Of a DNA stretch of 64,000 nucleotides, positions 45,346 through 55,923 are shown piece after piece (the stretch's first letter is position 1; the number at the start of each line of letters is the position of its first letter). Origin of the DNA: an uncultured Candidatus Entotheonella sp. (GTDB taxonomy: Bacteria; Tectomicrobia; Entotheonellia; Entotheonellales; Entotheonellaceae); the NCBI GenBank assembly GCA_965215335.1, contig CBDCDA010000001.1, forward strand, positions 1,408,001 through 1,472,000, written 5' to 3'. The position numbers and the translations under genes are program-made. Below the pieces are notes generated by a model that saw nothing but the letters and a program-made list of their open reading frames with translations, ran no database searches and was not told the DNA's origin.

Positions 45346-47805
45346 CTACTGCCGCGCCACAGCGCCCAATTCGGCGGCGGCGTGCTCCTGGATGCGCCGG
45401 TACAACACGCGCACCTCGTCCTCGGTCAAACTGCGGTCGTCGGCCTGGAACGTCAACGCGTACGCCAAGCTTTTCTTGCCGACCGGAATCGGCTCGCCGT
45501 AATACAGGTCGAAGAGCGTCGCCTCGCGCAGCCACTCGCCGCCGGCAGCACGAATGGCGTCCTCGACAGCCTGGGAAGGCAGGTCGTCGTCAACCACCAG
45601 CGCCACATCCTCCAGAACGACCGGGAAGCGCGAGATGGGCCGGTAGTGCCGCGGTTGGCGACGTGACAGCAGGAGGTCGAGATTCAACTCCAGCATGGCC
45701 ACCGACTGGTCCGCCAAGTCGAACCGCTCGCACACCTGCGGGTGCACGTCACCGGCAACGCCGAGCGGCTCGCCGCTGATGGACAGAGCGGCGGTGCGAG
45801 CCGGATGCAGGACGGCGTGAGTGGCGGTGGCGAAGCGCACCTGGGGCACATTGAGGCGCTGCGCCAGGGTGTCGATGATGCCCTTGAGGTGGGTCCAGCC
45901 GAACTGCGGCGGTTCGTCGGCGTCGTGCCACGAACGGGGCAGCAGCGGGCCGGTGATGGCGAGGCCGAGATAGCGCTGTTCCAGCGGCAATTCCTCCCCG
46001 ACCCGCGGCCAGTACACCCGCCCGATCTCGAACAACGCCATACGCTGGCGATAGCGCCGGTTGGTGCTCAGAGTTTCCAGCAGGCTGGGCAGCAACGATT
46101 GACGCAGAAGCTGTCGCTCCTGGCTGATCGGATTGGCCAAGCCGATGTAATCCTCGGCCACCGCCGGCAGCCCCTCGGCACGGGCGCGGTTGATGCTTTC
46201 CAGGCTGGACAGGGAATAGGAGAGGATTTCAGTCAGGCCGCAGCCGACCAGGATGTCGCGGGTCTGCTCCAGGCCCTCCAGATGGGGCTGCGAGCGTTGC
46301 GGCGGCAGCACGTCCCGAATCAGCGTCGTCGGGATCTCGTCGTAGCCGTGGAGGCGGGCAATTTCTTCGATCAGGTCAGCGGGCTCGGACACGTCGAGGC
46401 GGCGGCTCGGCACGGAGACTTCCAGGCAGGTGTCGCCATTCTCGCCATGCGTCGTACAGCCGAATTCCAGAGACGTCAAAATTCTCGTCAGGTCGGCGGG
46501 GCTGAATGCCATGCCCAGGGTGCGCGTGACCTCCGCCGTGCGCAGCGTGATGGTCTTGGGACTTGGCGGCGCCGGATAGGTATCGGCGATCTCGGGATGC
46601 AGGACGCCGCCGCCCATGGTCTCCATGAGCCGGGAGGCGCGCAGCAGGGCCGGAATGGTCAGGTCGGTATCCACCCCGCGGCCGAAGCGTTGCGCCGCCT
46701 CGCTGTGCAGGCGCAGCCGCTGGGAGGTGCGGCGGATATTGACGAAATTGAAATTCGCCGACTCCAGAAAGATATGCCGCGTGCGCTCGGTCACCTCGGT
46801 CGTCGCGCCGCCCATGACGCCGGCAAGAGCGATGGGCCCTGAGTCATCGGTGACCAGCAGCATGTCCGTCGTCAACTGGCGCTCGACGCCGTCCAGGGTC
46901 TGCAGCGTCTCGCCCGGCCGCGCCCGCCGCACCACGATGCCGCCTTTCAGCGTCTCGTAGTCGAAGGCGTGCAGGGGCTGACCGGTTTCGAGCATGACGT
47001 AGTTGGTGATATCCACGATGTTGTTGATCGGGCGCTGGCCGGCGTATTGCAAGCGCCGTTGCATCCACGGTGGGGAGGGCTGAATGGCGACGTTCTCGAT
47101 AAGGGAAGCCGAGTAGTGGGCGCACAGGTCGGCGTCGGCGCTGGCCACGGAGCCGTACGCGGTGACGGCAGCAAGAGGCCCGACCGCGGTGGCATCATCG
47201 GAAGGCCCGGCGAGCCAGGGCTGACCGGTGAGAGCGGCGATTTCCCGCGCCAGGCCGATGATGCAATTAGCGCGCGCCAAATTGGGCGTCAGCTCGACCT
47301 CCAGAACGGTATCCCCCAGTGCGTCCTTCAACGGCTGTCCCACCGGGAGGTCGGGGTCGAGAACGATCACCCCGGTGTGATCGTCGGACAGCCCCAATTC
47401 CTTTTCCGAGCAGACCATGCCGGCGGATTCCACGCCGCGGATGCTGGTGCGGCTGAGGGTCTTCATGCGCGGCGTCTCGCTGTATCCGTCACGCAACCGC
47501 GCGCCCTCGAGCGCAAAAGCCACCTTCTGCCCGCGCTCGCCCGGCTTCAGATTGGGCGCCCCGGTAACCACCGTTTGAGGTTCGCCCTGCCCGTATGCCA
47601 CCGTTGCCAGCACCAGCCGGTCGGCGTGGGGATGGGTGCTGACGTCCACGACCTCGCCAACGAACAGCTTGTCGTGCTGCCAATCGGCTCCGATGTGCTC
47701 GACTTCGCCCACCTCCAAGCCGGCCATCGTCATGCGGTCCACGAGGGTGTCGAGGGGTGTCGCAATGTCCACAAAATCTTTCAACCAACTCAGCGGCGCA
47801 CGCAT
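45346..47805 (-). CDS. pheT: Phenylalanine--tRNA ligase beta subunit
   Basis: PLSWLKDFV, HPHADRL, RGVESAGM.CS..ELG, TPN, VDITNYVM.E.GQPLHAFD, GKKSLA. Confidence 0.96.
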   Translation of the reverse strand: MRAPLSWLKDFVDIATPLDTLVDRMTMAGLEVGEVEHIGADWQHDKLFVGEVVDVSTHPHADRLVLATVAYGQGEPQTVVTGAPNLKPGERGQKVAFALEGARLRDGYSETPRMKTLSRTSIRGVESAGMVCSEKELGLSDDHTGVIVLDPDLPVGQPLKDALGDTVLEVELTPNLARANCIIGLAREIAALTGQPWLAGPSDDATAVGPLAAVTAYGSVASADADLCAHYSASLIENVAIQPSPPWMQRRLQYAGQRPINNIVDITNYVMLETGQPLHAFDYETLKGGIVVRRARPGETLQTLDGVERQLTTDMLLVTDDSGPIALAGVMGGATTEVTERTRHIFLESANFNFVNIRRTSQRLRLHSEAAQRFGRGVDTDLTIPALLRASRLMETMGGGVLHPEIADTYPAPPSPKTITLRTAEVTRTLGMAFSPADLTRILTSLEFGCTTHGENGDTCLEVSVPSRRLDVSEPADLIEEIARLHGYDEIPTTLIRDVLPPQRSQPHLEGLEQTRDILVGCGLTEILSYSLSSLESINRARAEGLPAVAEDYIGLANPISQERQLLRQSLLPSLLETLSTNRRYRQRMALFEIGRVYWPRVGEELPLEQRYLGLAITGPLLPRSWHDADEPPQFGWTHLKGIIDTLAQRLNVPQVRFATATHAVLHPARTAALSISGEPLGVAGDVHPQVCERFDLADQSVAMLELNLDLLLSRRQPRHYRPISRFPVVLEDVALVVDDDLPSQAVEDAIRAAGGEWLREATLFDLYYGEPIPVGKKSLAYALTFQADDRSLTEDEVRVLYRRIQEHAAAELGAVARQ

Positions 47806-47883
47806 GCTGTGTGTCCCTTATGCAGCCGCGAAGCACCGAGGCGCGCCTCGGCCCCGCGATGCGGCTTTGCTTGCGGGTGCGGT

Positions 47884-48933
47884 CTATCCGAATTGTTCGA
47901 GGAAGCGAAGGTCGTTGCTGAAGAAGTAGCGGATGTCATCGATGCCATACTTCTGCATCATGATCCGTTCCGGCCCCATGCCAAAGGCGAAGCCGCTGAA
48001 GCGCTCCGGGTCGTAACCGCCGTTGCGCAGCACGGTAGGATGCACCATGCCGGCGCCCAGGATTTCCAGCCAGCCGGTCTGCTTGCAGAGGGTGCAGCCA
48101 TCGCCGTTGCAGACGATGCAGTCCATGTCGACCTCGACGCTCGGCTCGGTGAAGGGGAAGTGGCTGCAGCGGAAGCGAACCCGGCGCTCGGTGCCGTACA
48201 TGCGGCGGGCGAAGTTGACCAGTACGCCTTTCAGGTCGGCCATGGTGATGTTCTCGCCGACCGCCAGCCCCTCCACCTGGTGGAACATGATCTCCGAGCG
48301 GGCGGTAATCGCCTCGTAGCGGTAGCACCTACCCGGCAGAATGACCCGGATGGGATCAGGATAAAACGCCTGCATGGCGCGAATCTGCCCCGGCGAGGTA
48401 TGGGTACGCAATACCACGCGCTCGTTGACGTAAAAGGTGTCCCACATATCGCGGGCGGGGTGATAGGGCGGGATGTTGAGCAGCTCGAAATTATAATAAT
48501 CGCTTTCCACCTCCCGGCTGTCGAACACCTGAAAGCCCATGTCGCCGAAAATGGCGGCGATCTCGCGCAACGTCTGGGTGCTGGGGTGCAGCCGGCCCAG
48601 GCTCACCGGATAGCCAGGGAGGGTTACGTCGACCCGCTCCTGCGCCAGGGTCTTGGCCAGCCTGGCCTGTCTGATCGCCTCAACTTGCGACTCGAAGGCC
48701 GCCTCCAGAGCACTTTTGACCTCGTTCGATACCTGCCCGACCTGCGGCCGCTGCGCCGCCGGCAGGGTTCCGATACCCCGCATCACCTGCGTCAGCGCGC
48801 CCTTGCGACCCAGGTAGTACACGCGCCAACCGTCGAGCGCGGCGAGGTCACGCGCCTGCGCCAAACGCTCCAGAGCCTCCGTGTGCACCTCGCGCAACTG
48901 GCCAATCAAGGGGTTCTGATCACTCACTGGCAT
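47884..48933 (-). CDS. pheS: Phenylalanine--tRNA ligase alpha subunit
   Basis: HPARDMWDTF, LRTHTSP.Q, FHQVEG, FPFTEPS.E, GFAFGMG.ER. Confidence 0.97.
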   Translation of the reverse strand: MPVSDQNPLIGQLREVHTEALERLAQARDLAALDGWRVYYLGRKGALTQVMRGIGTLPAAQRPQVGQVSNEVKSALEAAFESQVEAIRQARLAKTLAQERVDVTLPGYPVSLGRLHPSTQTLREIAAIFGDMGFQVFDSREVESDYYNFELLNIPPYHPARDMWDTFYVNERVVLRTHTSPGQIRAMQAFYPDPIRVILPGRCYRYEAITARSEIMFHQVEGLAVGENITMADLKGVLVNFARRMYGTERRVRFRCSHFPFTEPSVEVDMDCIVCNGDGCTLCKQTGWLEILGAGMVHPTVLRNGGYDPERFSGFAFGMGPERIMMQKYGIDDIRYFFSNDLRFLEQFG

Positions 48934-49089
48934 GCTGATCTCCGGCTGTGAAATGGGGCTTGAGCGCAGCAATTATACGCTTGAGCGCGGCGCCGTGACA
49001 ACGCGGACTTTTGTATTCAAGGCGATACCAGGATACAATGAGCCGCTTTTCGGCCGCGTATCGCATACGTTATTCAAGGGGAAGACATC

Positions 49090-49395
49090 ATGGCTGCCGA
49101 CAATGAATCAGCCAAACTCACCTGTCCTTGTTGCCAGGCGACCTTGGTGGTCGATCGCGAAACGCTGCGGCTCCTGTATGCCACCGAGAAGCGCGTTAAA
49201 ACCGGTGGCGCCTCCTTTGAACAATCCTTGCAGGACCTGCAGGAACGAGAGGAGCAAAAGAGCGGCCGCTTCCAGCAGGCGGTGACGGAGGAAAAGGCGC
49301 GCAAGGCTTTGCTTGGCAAGAAATTCCAGGAACTTCGCAAGAAGGCGGACGCAACGCCGACCGAGCGCCCGTTGCGCCCCTTCGACCTCGATTAG
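49090..49395 (+). CDS. Hypothetical protein with N-terminal CPCC motif and coiled coil
   Basis: LTCPCCQATLVVD, charged helical body, RPFDLD end; RBS GGGGA. Confidence 0.7.
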   Translation: MAADNESAKLTCPCCQATLVVDRETLRLLYATEKRVKTGGASFEQSLQDLQEREEQKSGRFQQAVTEEKARKALLGKKFQELRKKADATPTERPLRPFDLD

Positions 49396-49406
49396 AAGCT
49401 GGACAG

Positions 49407-50588
49407 ATGACAGATGCGTTGCAAGGCGTCACGGTTCTGGAAGTATCCGGGGCATCCCCCGGCAGCTTCTGCACCATGCTGCTGGCCTGCATGGGCGCCG
49501 AGGTGCTGAAGATCGAAACGCCGGGCACGGATGAGCGGCAGGTCGTCAGTGCCTATCTGGACCGGAACAAGAAGAGCCTGGGCCTGAGCCTGAACAACGC
49601 TGTCGGTCAGGAGATTTTGCACAAACTGGCCGGCGGCGCCGACGTGTTGGTGGAAAGCTCCAGGCCCGGCGCCATGCAGCGTCTCAACGCCGACTACCCC
49701 ACGCTCGGCCGGATCAATCCCCACCTGATATACTGCTCGCTCAGCGGTTACGGCCAAACCGGCCCGTACCGCGACCTGCCGGGGGCGGACGTCACCTACC
49801 TCGCCATGAGCGGCGTGCTAGACCTGATAGGTGAGGCCGGCCGCCCCCCCGCCATCCCCCTCGACCTGATCGCCGATTACGGCGGTGCCGCCATGCACGG
49901 TGCTCTCGGCATTCTGCTGGCCTTGTATGCCCGCGGCAACAGCGGGCGTGGCCAGCACGTGGACGTATCGCACCTCGACGCCACTCTTTCCATGCTTGCC
50001 GCCACCCCGCTGATGGTGCCGTTCTTCGACGGCGGCGTGCTGCCGCGGCGCGGCCAGGGGCCGTACAGTGGCCACTATGCATTCTACACCACGTACGAAA
50101 CGCAGGACGGTAAGCTGCTGTCGGTGGGAAGCAGCGAACCTCGGCTGTGGAGCAACCTGTGCGAGGCCCTGGGCCGACCCGATCTGTCACGATATTCGCG
50201 CGGTCCCGAGCACCTGACCCGCGGTCCCACGCCCGAAGAAGCCCAGGTGCGCGAGCAGCTGCAGGCCGTCTTCCGGCAGCGCAGCCGCGACGACTGGCTG
50301 GCCGATCTGGCCGACAAGAACGTCTGCGTCGGTGCGGTCAACAGCCTGTCGGAGGTGTTCGAGGACCCGCAGGTGCAGCATCGCGGCATGCTCGTGCGGC
50401 CTGAGGGCTCGGAAGGGGAAGGGCGGCAGGGCCGTCAAGTCGGCATGGGCATCAAGCTCAGCGACACGCCGGGTCGTTTCCGCCATCCGGCGTCGCAGCC
50501 GGGGCAGCATACGAACGAGATTTTGTCCAGCCTGGGATACGGCGAATCCGACCTGAAGACGCTGCGCGAACAACACGTGGTGGGATAG
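49407..50588 (+). CDS. CaiB/BaiF family CoA transferase
   Basis: GAEVLKIE.P, RNKKS, ADVLVE..RPG, SGYGQTGP, IADYGG, GQHT.EIL..LG. Confidence 0.92.
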   Translation: MTDALQGVTVLEVSGASPGSFCTMLLACMGAEVLKIETPGTDERQVVSAYLDRNKKSLGLSLNNAVGQEILHKLAGGADVLVESSRPGAMQRLNADYPTLGRINPHLIYCSLSGYGQTGPYRDLPGADVTYLAMSGVLDLIGEAGRPPAIPLDLIADYGGAAMHGALGILLALYARGNSGRGQHVDVSHLDATLSMLAATPLMVPFFDGGVLPRRGQGPYSGHYAFYTTYETQDGKLLSVGSSEPRLWSNLCEALGRPDLSRYSRGPEHLTRGPTPEEAQVREQLQAVFRQRSRDDWLADLADKNVCVGAVNSLSEVFEDPQVQHRGMLVRPEGSEGEGRQGRQVGMGIKLSDTPGRFRHPASQPGQHTNEILSSLGYGESDLKTLREQHVVG

Positions 50589-50606
50589 TAGCTCGCCGTC
50601 GCCCGC

Positions 50607-51974
50607 CTACTGTTCTTCAGCGATAGCCCCGTCATCAACGAGAATCAGGACCTCCGCCAGCATACCGGCCCGGAAGCCGGGATCGGCGTCCTCGATGGCG
50701 ATCTTGACCGGGACCTTCTGCTCACGGCGGGTGAAGAAACGTTCGGGGGGCAGCCCCGATAGTTCGGCCGCGGTGGTGGGATTGATACGCTTGACGCGCC
50801 CGCGATACGGCTTGCCGCGTCCCAATACATGGAGGCGGTAGGCGTCGACCCAGACCTCCGCCGGACGGCCGATGCGCACGCGGCTGATGTCCGATTCCCA
50901 GACGTTGGCGGTTACGTACAGGCTCCGAGGGTCATGGATAATCATGATGGGCGGGTCGCTGGGGTCGCCCTTCACCATTTCCCCAGGCTCGATCCTGTTG
51001 TAGCCGACGATGCCGTCGCTTGGACTGTGCAGAACCGTTCTGGAGAGCTTCAGCTCGAGGGCTCGCACCCGCGCCTTCGCTTCCTCGTGCCGCGCCTCCA
51101 GGACCTTCAGCCGCTGCTGACCCAACTCCGCGAGACGCAACTCGGTGAGCGCCAGACCCAGCGCCGCGCGGTGCTCCTCGACCTGCGCCGCGGCGCCGTG
51201 GGCGTCTTTTTCGTGTACCCGGATCATTTCCGGCGAATCCCCCGTCGGATAATGCTGCTGCGCCTGCCGCACTTGCTCCTGAGCCACCGACAGCCGCGCC
51301 TGCTCGCGTTCGAAAGTCACGAGCGCGGCGTCCAGACGTTCCTGCGGCACGATCCCCTCCTTGAACAGGCTGCGGGTCCGTCCGAGCGCCATTTCGGTTT
51401 CGCGCAGGGCGGCCTCCTGCTCCCGCAGCCGCGCGCGGGCGGCCTCCAGGCCGGCCTGCTGCTCGGCTATCATCTTGGCGACGCGGTCGCGCTGCACGTC
51501 GAGCAGCACCCGGGCGCGCTGAGCGGCCTGTCGGCTGATTTCCAAGGCGGCCTCGGCACGATCGACCTTGAGCCGGGACTGCTCAATGGTCAGCGGCAGT
51601 TCGAGGCGCAATTCCTCCACCTGCTGCGCGATACCCTCCGCAATGGCCTCCGCCTGGCGCAGCTCCGTGAGGACGTCGTCTTGGTCCAGACGCACCAGCA
51701 CCTGATCCTTGCTTACCCTGTCGCCCTCGGTGACCAGAACCTCCAGCACTCGGGCGGTCACCACCGGAGTAATGGCGTAGGAGTCCATTCTGACCTGCGC
51801 GTCGTTGGTGTATACGTTCACCAAGCGGTCCAGGAGGAGGAATTCCTGCAAGGCCAGTCGGAAAAACCAGATGGCCCCGATGATCAGGACCACCGCGGCC
51901 ATGAGCAGATACGGCCGTTCCAGGGCGCGACGTATGGCCCGAACCGCCGTGAATTGCCGGCCTGCCTCCCTCAT
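50607..51974 (-). CDS. HlyD/EmrA family membrane fusion protein
   Basis: N-terminal TM, TNDAQV, V.EGDRV...LVRLD, long coiled coil, ANVWE.DI, VPVKI, GM.AEV. Confidence 0.85.
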   Translation of the reverse strand: MREAGRQFTAVRAIRRALERPYLLMAAVVLIIGAIWFFRLALQEFLLLDRLVNVYTNDAQVRMDSYAITPVVTARVLEVLVTEGDRVSKDQVLVRLDQDDVLTELRQAEAIAEGIAQQVEELRLELPLTIEQSRLKVDRAEAALEISRQAAQRARVLLDVQRDRVAKMIAEQQAGLEAARARLREQEAALRETEMALGRTRSLFKEGIVPQERLDAALVTFEREQARLSVAQEQVRQAQQHYPTGDSPEMIRVHEKDAHGAAAQVEEHRAALGLALTELRLAELGQQRLKVLEARHEEAKARVRALELKLSRTVLHSPSDGIVGYNRIEPGEMVKGDPSDPPIMIIHDPRSLYVTANVWESDISRVRIGRPAEVWVDAYRLHVLGRGKPYRGRVKRINPTTAAELSGLPPERFFTRREQKVPVKIAIEDADPGFRAGMLAEVLILVDDGAIAEEQ

Positions 51975-51998
51975 GACCGCCCCCCTGTCTCGTCCGCG

Positions 51999-52247
51999 TC
52001 AATCCAAACCATGTTCGTCGTCATCATCGATGTCCTCAGGGGCAGCACGCAACAGGAAATAGATCACCGTGACCAGTCCGGCCACGAAGGCAAGGGCGCC
52101 GAACAGCAGGAAGAAGATGCCACCCAGATGCAGATGCCCGCCGTTGGCACGCGCGGGCTGAACGAAAACGAAAAGGAGGGAGATGCCGATGATGGCACTG
52201 CTTCTGGCGTCGAGCCCCACGGCAACCTGCCCCCGGCTATACGACAT
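51999..52247 (-). CDS. Hypothetical small membrane protein
   Basis: Two hydrophobic segments and an acidic tail; co-oriented with the HlyD gene. Confidence 0.45.
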   Translation of the reverse strand: MSYSRGQVAVGLDARSSAIIGISLLFVFVQPARANGGHLHLGGIFFLLFGALAFVAGLVTVIYFLLRAAPEDIDDDDEHGLD

Positions 52248-52497
52248 CCCCGGCGATGTTCTGCGTTTCTTCCTCCTCGGGAGGACCGAACTGGATGAGG
52301 TTGCGGAGTCCGATAATGTAGCCAAAGGCAACGGTGTGGGAAAGCAGCGTCACCAATAAGCCGGCGTAGGTCAGCACCATGTGGGTCAGCGGCGAGGTGC
52401 CCTGCATGCGGATGGTCACGTCGGTAACGAGTCCCAAGAAAACCAGCACCAACGAGGCCAGCATCAGCAAGACGATGAAGATCACACCATTCCTCAC
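52237..52497 (-). CDS. Hypothetical small membrane protein
   Basis: 86 aa, two TM segments, acidic tail; overlaps the next gene. Confidence 0.5.
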   Translation of the reverse strand: MRNGVIFIVLLMLASLVLVFLGLVTDVTIRMQGTSPLTHMVLTYAGLLVTLLSHTVAFGYIIGLRNLIQFGPPEEEETQNIAGDVV

Positions 52498-52663
52498 GAC
52501 AGGATGGAATTGGAGGCAAGAAGGGGCGAATCCGTGCTTCCGACGTGGGCACCACTATATCACGACGGCGAGCGGCTGTTCAATCGACGGTGGCGCGCAA
52601 AGCCTTGACCTGCATTGCGTAACGGCCGCGCGCGAAGGATGAGACGGCATGGGTGAAGAAGCC

Positions 52664-53887
52664 TCACAAGTCGGCCAGGTCTCGCGTCTCATCGGCGAAC
52701 GCCGCGGGGTCGGTCACCGGACGCCGCTGCGCGATGCGCTCGCGGGCGGTCTGCAGAAGCTCAGGCTTGCCGTTGATGAAGAGGGCCGCTTGCAGGAAAC
52801 CATCGGCGAAGCAGAACTGCACGAACCCGGGCTCCAGGCTCAGGGGGCCGCGCCGCACGCACTGCTGGCGGACGCTCATATCACCGATGACGTCGATGCG
52901 CAGGGCGCCCATGTGGGAGAAGAAATAGGGCAACTCCGTGTAAGCAAGACGGGCGCCGGCCATGTTCGCGCCAGCCGTGCGGCCGTGCTGCAGCGCCACG
53001 TCGTAGTGCTCGACGCGCAGATGGCGGCCCAAGATCGGGCTATAGTAACGCGCGACGTCACCGGCGGCGTAGACGACATCCGCCGCCTCGAGGTATTCGT
53101 TCACCACCACGCCGTTATCGACGCTGAGCCCGGCAGCGGCAGCCAGTTCGGTGTTGGGCGCAATGCCCACCCCGATAACCACCACGTCCGCTGCGATCTC
53201 TTCGTCGTTGCCTGTCACGACCCGCTCGACACGGCCCTGCACACCGACGAATTGCGCCGCCGCCGTACCGGTGCGCAGCGTGACGCCCTGTTGGCTCAGG
53301 AACGCCGTCATGAAGGCGCTGGTTTCGGCGTCGAGCACCAGGCCCAACGGCGCCGGGGTGACTTCGAGCAGGGCCGTCTGCAAGCCGGACTGGGCGAAAG
53401 CAGTCGCCACCTCGCAGCCGATGAAACCGCCACCCACCACGACCGCCTGCCGCGCGTTGACCATGGCGGCTCGCAAGGTGTCGGAATCCTCAAGGGTACG
53501 AAGGTAGGAGACGCCATCCAGGTCGGCACCCGGTATCGACAACCGACGCGGGCGCCCTCCGGTGGCGAGCAACAGCCTCTCAAACCCCACCTCGCTGCCA
53601 TCGTTGAGCGTGATGGTGCGCGTCCTCACGTCCACCGCCGTCGCCGACTGCCCCAGGAACTGTTCCACCCGGTGACGCTCGTAGAACCGCGGCGGGCGGA
53701 GAAACACGTGCTCGCGCTCCATGCGGCCCAGCAAGTAGTCCTTCGACAATGGCACACGATCATAGGGCAGGTGAGGCTCGGCGCCGATCAAGATCAAACG
53801 CCCCGTCTTGTCGCGTCGGCGAATGGCGTCGATGGCCGCGGTGGCCGCCAGACCGCCGCCGATTATGACGTACGGAATCCGTTCCAT
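52664..53887 (-). CDS. FAD/NAD(P)-dependent oxidoreductase (ferredoxin reductase family)
   Basis: IIGGGLA, PYDR.PLSK, LATGG, VVGGGFIG.E, YAAGDVA, RVEH, PYFFS. Confidence 0.92.
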   Translation of the reverse strand: MERIPYVIIGGGLAATAAIDAIRRRDKTGRLILIGAEPHLPYDRVPLSKDYLLGRMEREHVFLRPPRFYERHRVEQFLGQSATAVDVRTRTITLNDGSEVGFERLLLATGGRPRRLSIPGADLDGVSYLRTLEDSDTLRAAMVNARQAVVVGGGFIGCEVATAFAQSGLQTALLEVTPAPLGLVLDAETSAFMTAFLSQQGVTLRTGTAAAQFVGVQGRVERVVTGNDEEIAADVVVIGVGIAPNTELAAAAGLSVDNGVVVNEYLEAADVVYAAGDVARYYSPILGRHLRVEHYDVALQHGRTAGANMAGARLAYTELPYFFSHMGALRIDVIGDMSVRQQCVRRGPLSLEPGFVQFCFADGFLQAALFINGKPELLQTARERIAQRRPVTDPAAFADETRDLADL

Positions 53888-54421
53888 AGGGCCGTTCCTT
53901 CACACTGGAGTGTTGGAATCGAAGGTGAACGGGCTGCAAGTACAATGCGCAGCAGACCAAAAACATGTCAATACCACCCCTCACCGCATGACGAAATTAT
54001 ATTCGGGTAGAGTGGATGAAGAAGTGCTTTGGGCGAAGTGAACGCCCTCCAGGACAGGCTCAGACCTGCTCAAGCTGCTCCCACTTGTCTGCCGCATTGA
54101 GTACGGCTTGACGAATGCCGTCAAATCCACAGCGAAACAGGCTTTTGGCGGCTCTCTGGTGCGTCTTGAGCAATCGGCTCGCCTACACGCCGCCGAGCGC
54201 CCACATGATAGACCCAGCAAAAAACCATCGCCAACATACCACCCTAACGTCTCCAAAGCGCTTGGCCGCTCTCAAGCGTGTCGCTTCAAAGTGACTCACG
54301 GCGTCCTCACCTGAGATGTCAGTCGTTATGGAGAGGCTTGGTTGACCTTCCACGATTAGGAGGTTATGCCTTGCCTTTCAACTACTTAATGATTTTTGTC
54401 GTGTACGGCGGGTTACGGTTA

Positions 54422-54453
54422 TTGACAAAATAGCCCCAGTCGGAAAATATATA
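54422..54453 (+). promoter_or_regulatory. Possible sigma70 promoter upstream of dnaA
   Basis: TTGACA at 54422 followed by AT-rich AAATATATA at 54445-54453. Confidence 0.4.
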
Positions 54454-54506
54454 GGCACGATTCGTAATCCGCATGGCAAGGAAGGCGACTGCATAAGGGT
54501 GCCCCA

Positions 54507-55898
54507 TTGAGCGAGAAGCTGTTGGCAGAGAACGAATCGAGTCATATAGACAGGCGTCGCAACGATAACGCGGAAGTCATCTGGCTCAAGGTGCTGCAAA
54601 TTGTTCGCGAGCATGTAGACGATACCAAATTCAGCACTTGGTTTAAGCCACTTTACCTGCTTTCGGGCTCAAGCGGCATGTTGCGTGTTGCAGCCCCCAA
54701 CAAATTCGTTCGTGACTGGGTTCTTGAACACTACCAAGGTCTTCTCGTTGACCTGCTGCAGCAGATTACAGGCATCCCCTACCAGATTTTTATCGTCGTC
54801 GGCGAACCCAAGGCCGAGCCTGTCCCGCAACCGGAGCCGGCGGCTGAGGTGGTCGTGCCACCCGGAGCCAGCAGCGGATACACGCAATTCAATTCCCGTT
54901 TTACCTTCGAAACGTTCGTCGTCGGCTCAAGCAATCAGTTTACCCAAGCGGCTTGCCTGGCGGTGTCGCGACACCCGGCAGGCACGTACAATCCCCTCTT
55001 CATATACGGCGACGTTGGCCTGGGCAAAACCCACTTGCTGCATGCCATTGGCCACTACGTTCAACAGCACCACCCGCATCTGGTAACCTGCTACGTTTCT
55101 TCCGAAAAATTCCTCAATGATCTCGTCGGCGCGCTGAGCCACGACAAAATGGATGAATTCCGCAACCGTTACCGCAGGAACGACGTCATCCTCGTCGATG
55201 ACGTGCAGTTTCTCATCGGCAAGGAACGCACCCAGGAGGAATTTTTTCACACCTTCAACGTGCTGTTCAACGCCAACAAGCAGATCGTGCTGACCAGCGA
55301 CAAGTTGCCGAAGGCCATGACCGGATTGGAAAAACGTCTGCGGTCGCGCTTCGAGTGGGGTTTGGTAACCGATCTACAGGCGCCGGATCTGGAAACCAAA
55401 ATCGCTATTCTCAAGAGAAAAGCCGAGTACCGGCAGTTCGAGTTGCCCGATGAGGTGGTATTGTATATTGCCCGCCTGATCCGCAGCGATGCGCGCCAGC
55501 TCGAGGGCGCCCTCACCACGGTGGAGGCCTTCGCTTCCATAACCGGGCAGGAAATTACCCTCGGGTTAGCCAAGAGCTTGCTCGGCGACTTGGCAGAAGG
55601 AGAAGATAAACCGATCACGATCGCTGAAATTGAGCGCGTCGTCGCGAATCACTACCACATCAAGACCGCCTTGCTACGCTCTAAGCGGCGCCACAAGGAC
55701 ATCGCGCACGCCCGACACGTCGCCATGTACCTGACGCGTCAACTGACCGGCGCCTCGCTGCCGCACATCGGCAAGACGTTTGGCGACCGCGATCACACCT
55801 CGGTCATACACGCCTGCAATAAAATAAAGGGAATGCTAAAAGAAAACTGGAATTTTCATGAGGAGGTCGAGCAACTCATTCGCGTGCTCCAGAGTTAG
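54507..55898 (+). CDS. dnaA: Chromosomal replication initiator DnaA (possibly a paralogue)
   Basis: TWFKPL, FETFVVG.SN, YNPLFIYG..GLGKTHL, DDVQF, QEEFFHTFN, RLRSRF.WGL, R.LEGAL, RDHTSV.HA. Confidence 0.95.
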   Translation: MSEKLLAENESSHIDRRRNDNAEVIWLKVLQIVREHVDDTKFSTWFKPLYLLSGSSGMLRVAAPNKFVRDWVLEHYQGLLVDLLQQITGIPYQIFIVVGEPKAEPVPQPEPAAEVVVPPGASSGYTQFNSRFTFETFVVGSSNQFTQAACLAVSRHPAGTYNPLFIYGDVGLGKTHLLHAIGHYVQQHHPHLVTCYVSSEKFLNDLVGALSHDKMDEFRNRYRRNDVILVDDVQFLIGKERTQEEFFHTFNVLFNANKQIVLTSDKLPKAMTGLEKRLRSRFEWGLVTDLQAPDLETKIAILKRKAEYRQFELPDEVVLYIARLIRSDARQLEGALTTVEAFASITGQEITLGLAKSLLGDLAEGEDKPITIAEIERVVANHYHIKTALLRSKRRHKDIAHARHVAMYLTRQLTGASLPHIGKTFGDRDHTSVIHACNKIKGMLKENWNFHEEVEQLIRVLQS

Positions 55899-55923
55899 GG
55901 TAGGGGGTCACGGACAACCAGAC

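Noticed and set aside
47820..47870. Palindrome CCGAGGCGCGCCTCGG between pheS and pheT
   Set aside because: GC-rich hairpin without a U tract; function cannot be supported
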